A DNA stretch of 64,000 nt from the NCBI GenBank assembly GCA_964188305.1, contig OZ076894.1; one strand, 5' to 3'. Position numbers and translations under genes: made by a program. Below the pieces are notes generated by a model. That model was not told where the DNA came from. It worked only from the letters and a program-made list of their open reading frames with translations, and ran no database searches. Source of the DNA: Podarcis bocagei (Eukaryota). Positions 1 through 14,665 of this stretch are shown in pieces. How positions within the stretch are numbered: position 1 is the first letter of the stretch; every line of letters begins with the position of its first letter.

Positions 1-3000
1 GGCAAGCCCAAGGCTCAGTGGTTTATACCACAGTGCCACCCGCATCCCCCTCAGAATACATTACTTCCCTCTAAATCAAGAGAATGTTCTACTTAGTCCT
101 GTTTGTAATTAGTGGCATATGTTGGTGGTGGGAGGCAGTATTCCCTTTGGAAAGCAAGCCCCATACCATGTCTCAAGGAAACAGTTTTGTCATTCCTGCT
201 CACAGTTTTGCTCCTATTCTCAAACCACCTTAAGGTTGTCTGCATTGGTAAGATGTCAATCCATTGGAATTATTTTTTAAAACCTTGTTCCTAGTCCTCA
301 TATTAACACCTTTTTGCTATCTCCCCTCGTAATCACACGGTATGCCCCTAGCCCTGCCTTCTGCCCCTAACCGTGGCTTCAGTCTTGACTCTTATATTGC
401 ATCCATCCCCTATTTCTATTTATCAAAATGAACTTAGAGATGCATGCAGACATGATTTTATGATATTTTCTGTTGTCTTGCACATAATGGTTGCAAGGTG
501 TAAGGAAAGCATGATGAGTGAAGTTTTATGTGAAAAAGAAGTTTTTTGAGAAATTATGCAATCTTTAAAATGGGAGAAATCATTAGCATGCAAATACATT
601 GGTAGCTATTATTATCATTATAAATGGCATTTTTGTGAAGTATGAAATCATTGAAGTGGCTCGTACAAGTTGTCAAAGTTCTTGCCTTTTTTGTTAGCTC
701 CAGATTGTTTAATTGGAGCCTTCAGAGAATGTCTAGGCAGGTGATTCCAGGCCTGAGAAGCAGATGCAAGCACTCTATCCTCCCACTGGACATGGTGGGA
801 GGTATGGTGGCCAGGAGCTACCATACCAGATGAAACCTAGATACCCCCTGATCTCTCACTCTTGTCCACCAAATTGCATCTAAAGGCCAAATTAGGACAA
901 TTGGTTGCTTGTTGGGAAGAGTGTTTAACCTCTCCTGCCTCTGCTAATTCTCCTGCTCAAACCTCCTCAGTTCCATTTTCCTGCAACTGGGCTTCTTTGT
1001 TGTTTCAGAGCACCAGCTAGGCTTTACAGGGAAGATTTGCAAGAATAAATTAGTGGGTAGGAATAGGATGAAACCCTTCCACCAATACTCTTCATTGGTG
1101 TTGTGAGGATAGCAGGATATGTCTTGGTGCCATCTTAAAGACTTGACCACCTTCCTTCCTTGCAGGAAAAGGGGTGCTTAGACTGAGGGGATGGTGTGCT
1201 TTTGACTATGTAAGGAAAGTGAATGTCATGAGCAGGATATTTGTTTGTGCCAGGAGCATGTGTTGATGAGGTTATGTATGAGGGTTAATGAGTAAAAGGG
1301 AGATTGGTGTTATTTAATTACATTTTACTCAGAGTAGACATATTGAAATTAATTAACATGACTAAATTAGGCCCATTAATTGAATACCGTCATATGTGTA
1401 TGTAAACTCCGTGAATTTCCATATTTTCTAGTAACAAAAACAATTATTATTTATTACTTGTATTTATATTTTGGTTTCCTGACCAAAAAGGAGCCTAGAA
1501 GCAGACTTTTTAACTTTTACTTCCTATTCTGTACTGCTCTCTAAGGTTTCAAAGCAGCACAATATATGAGTATATATGAGTATACTAATCTGTATGTGTA
1601 ATGTAGTAAGATAAGAACTCCTTCTAGATAGGTTTACATTTATTGATTACAGTTTATATTTTGTGCTATTTGCACAAAATTTATTACTGGCAGCTTTTAA
1701 TACTTCACACTGCTTTGCTTCCACATACTTGTTAATGTAAAATGAGTAATATGAAGTAACTTGTTAAAGAAATGCTGAAGTACACAAAGGGAAGAGTGAG
1801 CACTTACAATAAATTATACATTTTGCATAAATTATTAATTTTCTTAAATGAATGGTATTAAATGTAAGACAGTTTTGTATTTGAAAGAATACTGTGACCG
1901 AACTTAATATTTGATTAATTCCTTTCAAGAAAAATATTCAGGATTTATGTTACCTTAATGATGGGGTTTTTTGGGGTCTCATGTAATTGTAACCTCACTT
2001 AAGAAACAGTATCTTCCAGCCTTTTCAATTTTAAAAGTCATCTGTGTGTCTAATTAAACTTTGTTAAAGTGTTACTGAGCCTTTGTTCCCAATTATACTC
2101 AGCTATATTTATATCTGTATGAAAATTTCTGAATAAGTGGACAGCCTAAAGAAAGTGATACCATTCATTCATATGGTAGAAAGAAAACATCTCTACTGTA
2201 CTTAAAAATACTTTCCACATGGGATTAACCCATTCCAGTTGCTAATAGTGGATTTTGTTGACTCTCTTAGTACTTAATGTGAGTTATTGAGAATTGAAAA
2301 TCAAGCCTGCCCCCATTCAAGGGCTAAACTCAAATGGCCCCATTTATGAATGACACATTGGGCAACATTTCAGCAGCATGCTGATAAAGTCTTGAATGTG
2401 TGCGGGGGTTTTTTAAGTGCTCACAGTGCTTTGTATATCTGTCATGTAGTACTTCATTTATTTGAGTTCACTATCCTGTGTAATGTTAGTAGCACAATAT
2501 TTTTGTATGAAGAGAAACTTTCCACTTCTTTGGCTTATCCCTTTTTCTTAATGCATTCACTCACTTTTATTGAAATTCTTTCATTTGTATCAGTCATTTT
2601 GACACTAATAAAGCGAATAACGGGGTTTTCCACTCTCCTGGAATGAAGGCTGAGCTATATTTCTAAACCTGTGAGGTAAGAGGGTAGTATATGACAACAG
2701 GGAAAGAGAAAGATGAATTGTAATGTACATTTAGTCAGCGTTTCAGCACAATTTTTGTTTGCATTTTTCTGTTACGTTGTAACTTAAGGCTGATTCTGCA
2801 AGGGTGAAAATAGGATGGTGAGTTCATATTTAGACTTGATTATATAACCATAGACTCAAAAGCATTTGACATGCTACCTTTCACAATATATGTTCAGTCA
2901 GCCAAGCTCCTCCAGTGGGCGGGGGGGGGGGCTGAGTGCATGTTGAGTGAGCTAAATAGACACATCTGAACATTCACAACTGTCCTGAAACCCAACTAAC

Positions 3001-4647
3001 AGAGTTGCATTCCTCTGGACCACTTCACTTAGATGTATTTTAGGAATACGTTACTAAGAATAATGTAGAAATCTGTCTGCTGAAAGAAGGACAGTGGGAA
3101 AATCTCCAGGGGTTTTTGTTGAACTGGAAGTTTGGATAGATTAAGTCAAATATATGAATGCTGTCCTATCAAAAATGCAATAGGAAGCATTTGGAGATAC
3201 TAGAGCAGCAGTATAAGGTGCTGTTAGCAGCACATATTGTTCCAGTTTTTAGTTTCCAAGCAGTCACCAAGGACAGCATCCTGTAGGTCACACTGCAGTA
3301 TTCTTACTTTTGAGTTTGCAAAGACCCTAATTACTCTCCTTTGGTCTGGGGTGACAAAAAGCAATACCTCCTTCTAACTAATTTAATGTTGGGAAAATGT
3401 ATTCCTGGCACTGCCCGTTACTAGGCTAATAGGCATAGTGTTGGATCCAGGGACATTTGAAGACTACAAACAGGAGCATCCTGGGAAAACATGGATATGG
3501 TGAATCTTCTTTTATTGCAATGCATTCCTGTATATCCCAGGACCTCCCTGTTTCATGTTTTTTGCAGAACTAGCAGGTACCATTTGGTAGACATTCCTGT
3601 CTACACCTTTACTGAATTGTAGTTTTATGTTTAGTAAAGCATATTCTGCATCCCTGTAGTGAAATATCTTCACTCTCAGTTCTCTGTAGCAGACAAAAGT
3701 GCAATCAGATAATTTCCTTTATTCAAACATTTATACACGGGGCAATTGACAGCCAGTAGAAACCCATTTAAAACACTGAGTCATAAAACCAGCAAGATTA
3801 TTAAAACAGGAGAGTTTAAAGGAAAGCGCCAACATTTGGAATGGTGTGTGGAGACAGGTTGTGGATTCCAGATAGTAGCTTAACCACTGTATCCTTTATT
3901 AGCTTGAATTCCTAGAGATGTAGGTTCCTAGTGTAGATTCTACAACCTCAATATGATTAGGAGGATGCAAGAACACAACCTGGCTTTATTTTTTTAAAAA
4001 ATGTTTACGCTCTGAGGAGCATAGCCCCGAGGACTGCCTCTGAAGTGGACTTAACGAAGTGGATGAGGGATTGCAATTTGGCACAACTGATATGAAGTGT
4101 TTCATCTGACTCCACTAATGCAATTGTGGCAGTTACAGATGCAGCATCTTCCTTGGAGAATACCACAGCTGTGATATTTGTCCTCTTTGCCAAAAAAGGA
4201 GAGAAATTGAACAGCTGGTCTGAGAGAGAAATAAGGGCCTGAAAGTTGATTTCCATCTGAGAACTCTAACAGGGCAAATCTATCCTTTCTTTTGGTGTTT
4301 TTGTTTTGTTTGTAAACTGGAATAGAAGTAAGGTCACAATTATTTTGCCAGCCATGGTTAAAACTAGTAACAATGTTTTAGAAAAGCCTAAAAACTGGGG
4401 TACCCAAGAAGGTTTCAGGACATTTTCATCGTATTTCATTTTCTTTATATTTTGCTGAGAAGCATGACTTTATGTTTTATCCTGTAATCTGGGGGTAGGA
4501 GACTTGCTGCCCCCTAGATGCTAGATTTATTACAGCATCAGATTATGTATGTTCATTGTATGGCCTTGGATGGGAAGCCTCCTGATGCGGCTCTCCTGAT
4601 GCAAACAACATGGAAGATAGGATGGAAACCTGCAGAACTTTGTTTAA

Positions 4648-4773
4648 CATGGGTGGCTAACTTGAGGCACTCCATATGCTGTTAGACTCCAACTCCCATG
4701 AGCCTCAGCCAGCATAGCCAGTGATTAGGGATGATGGGAACTGCATCTGAAGGGGCACAGATTCCCCATCACT
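4648..4773. mobile_element. Degraded short hAT-like MITE (CAACTCCCAT...GATGGGA family)
   Basis: Same internal palindrome motifs as 39332-39467. Confidence 0.55.
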
Positions 4774-4980
4774 AATATTAGTTGTGTAATCAGTATATAA
4801 TACTTGCAAAATTAGAACATATACAGTGCAATCCAGTAGCTGTCTACTCAGAAGTAAGCCACAGTGAGTTTACACACATAAGTACAGATTTATACAGATT
4901 TATGTTTTATATATCTGGACATTTAAACTCATTGGTAATTCATTAGCTGTTAAAATTCCATATTAACATCATGCTTTTAA

Positions 4981-5085
<105 letters not shown>

Positions 5086-5533
5086 TAATATACATATATA
5101 ATGTTTCTAAAGTCTTATGGACTGTAAAAGAGAGGAGTCTGACACTTTGAAAAAGGCCTCTGGATAGTGACATTTAATAACAGAGAGATGACACTGTAAT
5201 GCTCCCTGAAGCCACATTGATTTTACTTGAGAATGAGCAGCTGTCCCTCATTCCCTGTGATGAATCTTTTACATATCTATCTAAAAAAAGTGTTTGGGAA
5301 CATGAAGTAGGGGAAGAAAATGGTAATCTTGGTGTAAATGAGCTGTGAAAGTATTGTAAAGGTCTGCAAATGACTTGATTTAGAAAAAGTCTTCTTGATG
5401 AAGCTGCACAGCTAATTGTTTCAAATCAAATGTGGTTCACTGCATCTAAGCATGTGGTAAAGTAAAATAGATTATCCAAGAACTAGTTGTGCTTGCTAAA
5501 AGAAATTAAGCATTTCTGGTTATCATTTTTCAT

Positions 5534-5573
5534 GTTTGTTTGTTTGTTTGTTTGTTTGTTTGTTTGTTTGTTT
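5534..5573. repeat. (TTTG)n microsatellite
   Basis: Direct reading. Confidence 0.95.
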
Positions 5574-7999
5574 ATATGTGTTATACATTCTTGTGTAAAA
5601 AACTAAGTTTGTAAGGGTATATAATGCATTTATTTATATTTTATTTGAGTATTTGTATACTGCCTTTCAGGAACCTGCATGTGCATGCATATATCCATAT
5701 TGGTCTCAGGGCATATGTCAAAACCCAAGCAATTTGTGTTGGCCTCCCAAGGTGAAAATTAGGATAAAAATACATACATGCTATTATTTTAGATAGTAGT
5801 GTATATATGGATTTTTGGGAGTATATTAAGATTCCTGTTTTTGTACACAAAAAGTAAGATTAATATTAGGTTATACAGGCGACTCCCCACTTATGTGGGG
5901 TTCATGTTCTGGGGGCCCCCCACGCATAAGTGGGGATCACCCACTAAAAAGCCTCTAAACATCCGTTTTACCTGCTTTCCATGCTCTCCAGTACCTTTGC
6001 CTCTAGATTGCAAGAAAAAGTAGGGAACAATACATCTGAGCCCACTGTTGAGTGGGGTACTGGGCAGCAGCAAGAGCTCCCACCCGCCATTTTGGATCCC
6101 ATAAGTGTGGTTTTTTAAAAAAAATAATGTAAACATTTATTTCTGGAGTTTGGGCTCATTGACATCCTCTTCAGGCCACAAGTCACAAGGATTTTCCAGC
6201 CTTCTCCCACCATTTCAGAATTTGAATTTATTTATTCCAGTTAAGTATAAGCATCTAAATTTTGCCCTGGGACCCACTTTTTGTGTACTGCCTAAATACC
6301 ATGTATTTCATACATAGATTTTTTCAGGAAAAATGTTTATCCTGTCATTTTTGAACTGTACTTGTATTACAAGACTACAAATAGGCCACTGCATGTACTT
6401 TACAGATAAGTGTATACTAAGAGCCAGTCTGGCTACTTTAATAACATGCTTGCACATTATACATATATGTATGAAGTTACCAATTATATTAGTTGCATGA
6501 CATGTTGATGTTCAGGTCTTTTGACTCTAAAGTCAGAACATATTTCAGCAGTTTAATAAGCTAGAAGTTAAAAGCACACATTCAGAATGTGTGTATTATT
6601 AAGCTCCCATATAAGGATCATATAGTGAAAATGATGATCAAACACAAAGTACCCAGTTAGATTAAGGCTGCATGTTTACATCACAAAAGGCAAATTTAAG
6701 CACCCTACCCCCCCCCTTGCCCTCACTCTGAATAGAGGTGAAAGGGAGGCATGTCCCTGTTGCCAGGCAGCAGGATGACATTCCTTTTCTTTCTGTATTG
6801 CATTGGTAGTTTCACTGTCCACTGATGTTGCATCACCTCTAGTTCTTTATGTGACCTTTAGTGAAGGAATGAAAATTGAGGTGTGCATTTGAATGTGAAT
6901 CCCCATATACCTTCTGCTGTATCAAGTTAACGCTACCCAGTTGGATTGAGAAATGTAGGAAGCCTCAGTATACTGATTCTCTACACTGACTCGCAACATG
7001 TACCCCAGGATTTTAGAGAGGAGTCTCCAAGCCACATCTGAAGATTCCAGTAATTGATTCTGGATCCTTCTGCATGCAGAGGATGTGCTGCATTGCTCCT
7101 AAGCTAAGGTTCATCCCCGTGTGTTATCTTCAACACCTGCCCTTCAATACCCAACCCTTTTACAAGCAGCTTAGTGGCCTTTCAGAAAAATGTTCATGTA
7201 GAAAAGGCTTTGTTGAAGATTTGTCTTGACCTTATATTATTTCAGTGCCAGATAGATCTGGGATGCAGTGTGCATGAGCCACAGTGATGTGCTGGAGCCA
7301 AATTTTCACAGTTCTGTGGTAAAATATTTCTGCATGATATAAAGCACTTTGTTCATCTGCCTCTAAGCCACATTGCCCTATTCCCCACCCCCAATACTGG
7401 GACTCTGGACAAAGATTGTGGCCTCTTTTATTTGTGTTGTCTCATTCTAACAGGATTGTGACAGGTACCAGAAAAATGAGTACCATGACAGTATTTCCCT
7501 TCCCTTTTCTGCTGTCCTTCTCCCTTTTCTAGAACTAAGTGCTTGTGACAGACTTTTATTTTATGTTTTATTTTAAAGAGTGATTTATGATTAAAAGTTA
7601 ATGAAATAGAATTTTCACAGTGCTTTTATTATATTCTACCAGTTTGAACATTTTTCAAAGCAGCACACCAAAACCCACTGTTCTCTATGAATAAATAATA
7701 AAAGCCATGTCTGTACATTATCATTCATGCATTCTGTAGTTGCCCACTGGTGATTTGTTTGCCAGCCTGAAGTGGGCGCTTCATATTAAACTGTCCTTAA
7801 CTAAAACTCAAATTAGTTATTACAATTGCACCAATTTAAAATGTAAACATATAGATATATGTAATTGAATTCTACTTTGTAAGCTCACTGGGTTGCTCTC
7901 TTGAGATATAGTGATTCTGCCAGTGAACTGTACAAGTGGATTTTGCAGGTGGAGTGGTCTAATCTGTCCCCAAAACATTGCTCAAGCAGGAAGCAAATA

Positions 8000-9780
8000 G
8001 TAATTATTATTTATATTTGTTAGTCGCTTTCCTCACAAAAGCGTCCAGTTAAAACAAATGCAACCAATAAAAACTATAACTAATAAAATCTATAGAGATA
8101 AGAGAACAAGGGCCAAAAGTCTGGATAAAGAGAAGAGTCTTTGCTTGGCTTTTAAAAATAGAGACAGATCATGCAAGGTATTCCTCCTTGGGAAGAACAA
8201 TCCATAAGCAAGGAACTGCCACTGGAAAAGCTCATTTTCATGCCTCAGATGATGATTGCAGGGTCTGGGGATAGGTAGTCCTTGGGGGAATTAGGGTCCT
8301 GAGCTGCATAAGGCTTTAAATGTCAAACCCAACATTTTGAATTGAGCCTAGAAACTAAATGGTAGCCAATGCAATTGTGCCAGAATTGCTGCTATATGAT
8401 CAGAGTGTCCTGTCCTGATCATCAATCTGCTTGCTGAATTCTGAACCAACTGCAGTTTCTAAACTGCCTCCAAAGGGAGCCCCATGTAGAATACATTGTA
8501 GTAGTCCATCCTAGAGGTTACCAGAGGGTAGACAACAGAAGTTAGGCACAACTGGCCACTAGCAGAAGTTGATGGCACTCCATGCCACTGAGGGAACTTG
8601 AGCCTTAAGCAACTCTAATGGATCCAGAAGTATCTCAAGTTACGTATTTGCTCCTTCAGAGGGAGTATAACCAAATCCCAAGCTGGCCCCATCTCACCCC
8701 TCTGGTCCAGGGAACCACCTGCAAACTGTTCCTCAGTTTTGTCAGTATAAAGCTTCAGTTTATTAGCTCTCATGCAGTCAATTCCTGAGGCAAAGCAAAC
8801 TTTCCAGCACATCCACTGGCACACCTGCAGATGTAAAGGAGAAGTAGAGCTGTGTGTCATCATCATATTACAGACAATGTAGTCCAAAATGCTGGATGGC
8901 ACCACCCATCATTTTCACGGAGATGTTAAACAGTGGGGGGGATAAAATCACACCCTGCGGAATTCCACACTGAATGCTCCATGGCACCAAACAGTATTAT
9001 CCAAGCACAACCACCTGAAAATTACCATCCAAGTAGGACTGGAACCACTGTAGAGCAGTGCCACTCAACCCTAACTTAGCTGTTTCAGAAGAATACCATG
9101 GTCAAAGGTACTGAAAACCGCTGAGAGATTGAGAAGAGTTAACAGGAACACACTCACCCTGCTTCTTTCCCAGTATAGCTCACTATTCAGTTTCCATATT
9201 GAAGTCAACTGAAATGGATCCCAACTGAAATGGATCTAGAAAGCTGGTTTCATCCAAGAGAGCCTGGATCTGTTCCACAACCATTGCTCAGAGACCTTGC
9301 CCAAGAAGGGAAGATTAGCAACTGGTTATTAAGGATTGGTCTTGCCACAGCCTCCTTTAAGCAGGCAGAGACCACCCAATCACCATCCTGGCCAAGGCTG
9401 ACCCCTCTCTTACAGGTTGTCACCCAGACTGAACCAAGCACCTTGACCATGTCCTTGGGCTGTACTAACAGAAACTCATCCAACCCCTGGGACTGGACAG
9501 ACACTTCTTGAGATGTATCTGCTTTAACAGTGGAGTCAAGGTCTTGGCAAATGCAAGCAATTTTATATCCATCTTGCTCACCCACTCAGGTCTTGGTGAT
9601 ACAGACCAGGTCAGCCTTCTTACCCACAATCAAATCATGGTTAGGAAAAATCTTATTCAAATTCAATCTGGCGTTCAACAGTAATAGCTGCAAACCTGAA
9701 GGTTGGCTGATAGGACAGCCACCATTCTTCAAGCTGGAGAGGGGCCTGGCACACTGATTGTCTATTCTGTGTCACCTGGC
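8000..9780 (-). mobile_element. Degraded L2-clade LINE (reverse transcriptase remnant and 3' end)
   Basis: Minus-strand translation near 9095-9145 gives LLNLSAVFSTFDHG (LLDLSAAFDTIDH-like RT motif); further RT/C-terminal-like pieces with frameshifts; boundaries approximate. Confidence 0.75.
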
Positions 9781-12001
9781 CTGTGCCTCCTCTCACTCTA
9801 TATCTACCCTTGCTCAGAATCACTGTAATTGTCCTTTCCCCAGCTGATCTCGTCCCAGGCATATCTTTTCCTCACTCCCCAAAACTGAGTGCCATAAAAC
9901 ACCTCTGAGCAAGTTACAATTAGACAACAACCACCCAAAAGATAAAGTAGCTAGAAAGCATCAGCTACGAATTCCCCCTTTTAAGAGCAGTTTTCCATGG
10001 GAAACTGAAAAAGGAAAACCAGTGATAATTTACTCAAGCAAGAACTACTGTAGGTTGATTTTATGAACAGGCTTTCAGGCTGCAGTCCTGTGCACACTGA
10101 ACTTGGTGGAACTTCCTTCTGACTTGTGCATAGGCTTGCCCTTTCAATATAGTTTGGCATTTAAAGTAAATAAAGCTACAGCATTTCTTAAGAAACATTT
10201 TAAACTAGAATGTAACTTTAATCCATATAGAAATGGCCCTGTTTACAGCTAAACTTCAGCTGAATTTCAGGAAGAAGCAGCAATCTTCTGGGAGGCCAAC
10301 ACTGTTGAAAAGCTGTTCAGAAAAATTGAGATGACAGATTAACAGCATTCATGCCATAGTTCACTCTTATCTGACACTTGACTTTAACTACAGACAGATG
10401 AATTCTTGATAGGAAGGTAAACAAAGGAAAATATAATATACAGCACCCTAAAAATGTCATGAAAGGTTTGTTTTATGGTATTGAATTGCAGTGTTTTTAA
10501 CATTTAAAAATAGAAGTTTGAAAATGCCCTTCAGATTGTTTAGGGAATTATAATAAAATGCAAGAGCTTGTGTAACACTCATCTAAAACTAAATAGAACA
10601 CAATATTGTGATTTGCATCCTGCTCATTGAACAAGATGTTATTCATAAACACACACATTAATGTATATGATGTTTAGAGACTGAGATTTAAAGAAGCAAT
10701 ACGCTAAAGAAAAAATAACAAAATCAAAGCAGAGAACATTTGAAGAGGCATATTCTGACATCCGTCTTTTTGGAAAGTACATTGCTACATCAGAATATTA
10801 ATAGTCAATAAAGGAAATTATATTTAAAACCTTGCATTGTTTTGTGATCTTTTTCACATTTCTTCAAAGAAGAGAGCACTTGAGTCATAAGTGTTTCTTT
10901 GGGATGCTCAAAGAAAAGGGATTTTGTAGATCAAAGTGGCTGGGAAGTAGCAGTCAGCAAAGGCAGCAGTTCAAAAGTAGAATCTGTTCAGAGCACAGAT
11001 CCAACAAGCTCAGAACCGTTATAGGGTATTCTATCCTATCCAGGCATTAATTGCCAATGAACTCACATCTGATTTTTATTAAGCTCCTATTTGCCCCTTT
11101 AAAAAATAAATAAAGGAGATTTGGAGGACCTCCCATGTAATTAACTTAGATCAAATTTACATTAGCATTTTCTTCCTATAGTGTCATTATTAGAATCACC
11201 ACTGCAGTTGTACCAAGTGTTGTAAGTTCAATGGAAGATATATAGCATTTGCAGGCAACCCTGAATGCAGTGCATACAGTTCTAGATTCAGAAGTTCTTG
11301 AGGCCCGACTATGTGTTGCATGGAAGTAAGTGTAATTGAACCGTGATAACCCTTTTATTTTAGGAAATGCTTTTTCAGTAGCAATTTCAGGTAGGGAACT
11401 GACATGAGAGGAAAGGACTAAGCACGCCACACACCCAGTTCTCTGCTTCAGATTACCACTTCCTGAAGTGCTTTTTCCTTAAATAAAAGGGCTGCAGTGG
11501 TTCAATTACGTGCGTTTGCATCATGTAATGTGTAGTTATATCCTCAGATAGAAACAGGTGGATAGACCATCTTTTTCAAGTGTGATGTTGGAAAGGTGGC
11601 ATATGAAAAATGTAACTAAATCCATAATAGATAACTTCAGCAATCTTGACACTCTCTTGCTCAGTGGCCTCAGATGCCTTTGTACGACGGACCATACACC
11701 CACCTTTACTTGCTGCAATAGAGTATGACATGGGCATAACTTTTCTTTCTTGGAGAGGCTCATACTATTTGTTTTCTTGTTTGGGCCAAATCATGTTTGA
11801 GATCCTTTGTTGTAAGAACCACTGTACTGTATGGCTAAGCTGGAAAGTCGCCAATTCAATCTCACCTCAACTATACACAAAGTCCTCTGCCCATATCATC
11901 TGCAGAGAGATAATAATACGGACCTAACATACAAGATGGTTGTAAGAATTACTGAGAAGAATGTGCATGGAGCTCTTTGAATATGCAGAAAGTGTTTTTT
12001 T

Positions 12002-12108
12002 GTTTAGTCGTTTAGTCGTGTCCAACTCTTCGTGACCCCATGGACCAGAGCACACCAGGCACTTCTGTATTCCACTGCCTCCCGCAGTTTGGTCAAACTC
12101 ATGTTCGT
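12002..12108 (-). mobile_element. BovB (RTE) LINE 3' end
   Basis: Reverse complement reads ...CTGGTCCATGGGGTCACGAAGAGTTGGACACGACTAAACGACTAAAC, the BovB terminus. Confidence 0.85.
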
Positions 12109-13447
12109 AAAACTGTTATATAAATGCTAATAATTAATTTCATTATAGTAGCTGTGAAACTAATAGGCTACCCAATGCCTATTGTTAAGATATCTACCCA
12201 GCACTTGCTTTTCATTTCTCCCTTTGTCAGTTGTACCCACTAGCAAATCATTAATTTACATCATGTGATTTCCCCCCCTAGCACGCCACTCTGGATATAG
12301 ATCAGTATTTCTACCCATAAGCATATATGGGGGAGACTGTGGTGTCCTTGCTGCCACTTACCAAGTTCATTGCAGTGCTTAGATTCAGACAGGTGCCTTT
12401 CATAACTTGGTCCTGTTGGCGCTCTGCTACATTGGTTTTCTCTCTCATTTCAAAGCCCCTTCTCTGGACATGACACTTTACCATCCCTGATTTGCAGAAA
12501 AGAAGCAGCAACCAGTCTTTAAAGTCATGTGACCAACGTGACTGAGTTATTCCACCCTTAGTTTTGTGAATGAGCTTTAAATCTAGGTTTCCTATTTCCA
12601 ACCCCAGTGATTACTCCTCTGAGCCTGCCTGTTAGTGTGTCTCTAGTACCATACAGAAAGTGTAATATAGAGAACTGTTGTCTTGTTGGTTCCAGAGTAT
12701 GAGAGGTTCAAAGTAGATTAGTGATCGGCCTTGAATAACCTGCCTTTATTTGAAAAGCAAATATTGGCTCAGTAAATGTGTTATGGCACCTGTTTGTGTG
12801 CAGAAGCACATTGCTATTAATTTGCGCTGATTTGGAGTCTGTAGTAACACTCTTGCAAAGCTCCAGGCTTTCCACAGCTGCCTTTAATTAAATTACTGCT
12901 TCCAGTCTACACACAGAGACATGTACACACACATTCATTTATTCAAAGACCTTATGTATTCTACCTTTCAGGGGAAAGCCCTCCCAATGAAGCTTATGAA
13001 AGATTTTGATTTCTAAAATTTTATTTAAAAGCATGTCTAAGCCATTTAATATTTTGAAAATCTCTCAAGTGGTGTACAGAAGCAACACCAATGAAAACAA
13101 AAATTTAACTTAAAGCCTATAAAAATATAATGGCAAATCCAACAGACTAGCTGGGGCTGATGGGAGTTGTAGTCCAAAAAAGTCCAGATCTGGAGGGTTC
13201 CAGGTTGGCAACAGCTGGATTAATGGGTAGCATGAACTTTCTGTGTTACTTCAGAAACACTGCAGTAATAAAATCTGTTGGGGCATTTCTTGAGAAGTCT
13301 TGTTATGTAGTGACTGAAAAATTAATGCAAGTCATGGCTTAAATAATTTCCTGCAAGTCTAATGTAAGCTGCAAACTTTGATTGATGTCACATAGCACTT
13401 TCATGTAGATTAAAGAGAAAGGGGAGAAAAGATGAAACCCTGTAGGA

Positions 13448-13583
13448 CAGGTATGGTTGAACCTGAGATTCTCCAGGTGTTGCCCAATCAGCTCCTATCA
13501 GCCCCAGCCAGTATGGCCAACGATCAAAGATGGTGGAAGTTATATTCCAACAACATCTGGAGGGCTACAGGCTAGTCACCCTG
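13448..13583. mobile_element. Degraded short hAT-like MITE (a half copy also at ~13148-13217)
   Basis: CAGG...CCTG termini, CTCCAGGTGTTG / CAACATCTGGAG inverted motifs. Confidence 0.55.
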
Positions 13584-14499
13584 ATGTAATTCCCAGGGGG
13601 AATTAGTCTTCCAGCACCACCTTCTGGAATTATGTCACAACTTCAAGGAAGTCTAGAAAGAGGACTTTGGTCAATAGTAGCAAAAAGTAGTTATGACTCC
13701 TGTGTTTCTAGAACTGTGCTGCCATTAGTTGCTGTACTTCCAAACAATAAAGGGAGAGGAAAACTGATGAAACAATTTCATTTTCAAATTCCTGTATGTG
13801 AAAAAGTTGCACTAAACATTGTAGGCTTGCTCATCTTCTTCCGTTAATTCTGCTATTCCAAAAGCATGCAACTGGCATTTGTCTTTCGATTTACAAAAAC
13901 TCCATATCTTCAAACTCTGAATTATTTAAGCTCCCACAACACATGCACTTTTGCTTTTCAAGCATGAGTTATAATTTAATTAAAAACTTCTGGTGCATTG
14001 CTAGCTATTTAAATATTTAAATGTTCCATGGATCACTTTCGATTATCTGCTCACATGAAATTCCTGAAGATGTCAGATTTTTAAGATTCCCAAAGTTACA
14101 CTTGGAATTGTCTGTTGATGCAAAGGGGACTGTGATAATTACATACATCCATTAGTATCAGCAGAGGAGATAAACTTTGGGGAGGCTTAATGGGCATGTC
14201 TCAGTGACAGCTAGCAAAGAACATTTGGCATGATTAAGGATAGACTTGAATGTACTTGAAAATATACTCTCATTATGGACGCCCAGTGGAAGTTGCACTA
14301 CAAATGTTAAATTCCCCAGAAGAAGAGTTATGTGGCAGGGAAGCTTTGAAATCCACCGTGGCCGTCATCCAAATTATTCTCTTCTCTTTATGTCTTTCCG
14401 CTGTCAGATTCATTTTGTGATGCCCAACTTGGCTCCCTGTGTGCGTTGAAAAGAGGCAACCTGTTGATTTTTCTTCTCTCTCCTCCTGCTATGTTTCAG

Positions 14500-14665
14500 A
14501 TTGTCCGAAGATACATCAAGGAGTGGCTTGAGAGAAAGAAGCCTCCGTTTGGTGCTATTAGCAGCTGTGTGCTCCTGATGATCATCTATACAACGTTCTG
14601 TGATACTTTTTCCAATCCAAACATTGACCTTGATAAGTTTAGCCTGATTATAATCGTTTTCATAA
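14500..14665 (+). CDS. SLC10A7: SLC10A7 coding exon (approx. exon 8), 166 nt, [55 protein letters not shown]
   Basis: Acceptor tgtttcag|ATT, donor A|GTAAGT; phase 0/1; matches part of ORF 14446..14700 and the SLC10A7 protein. Confidence 0.97.
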
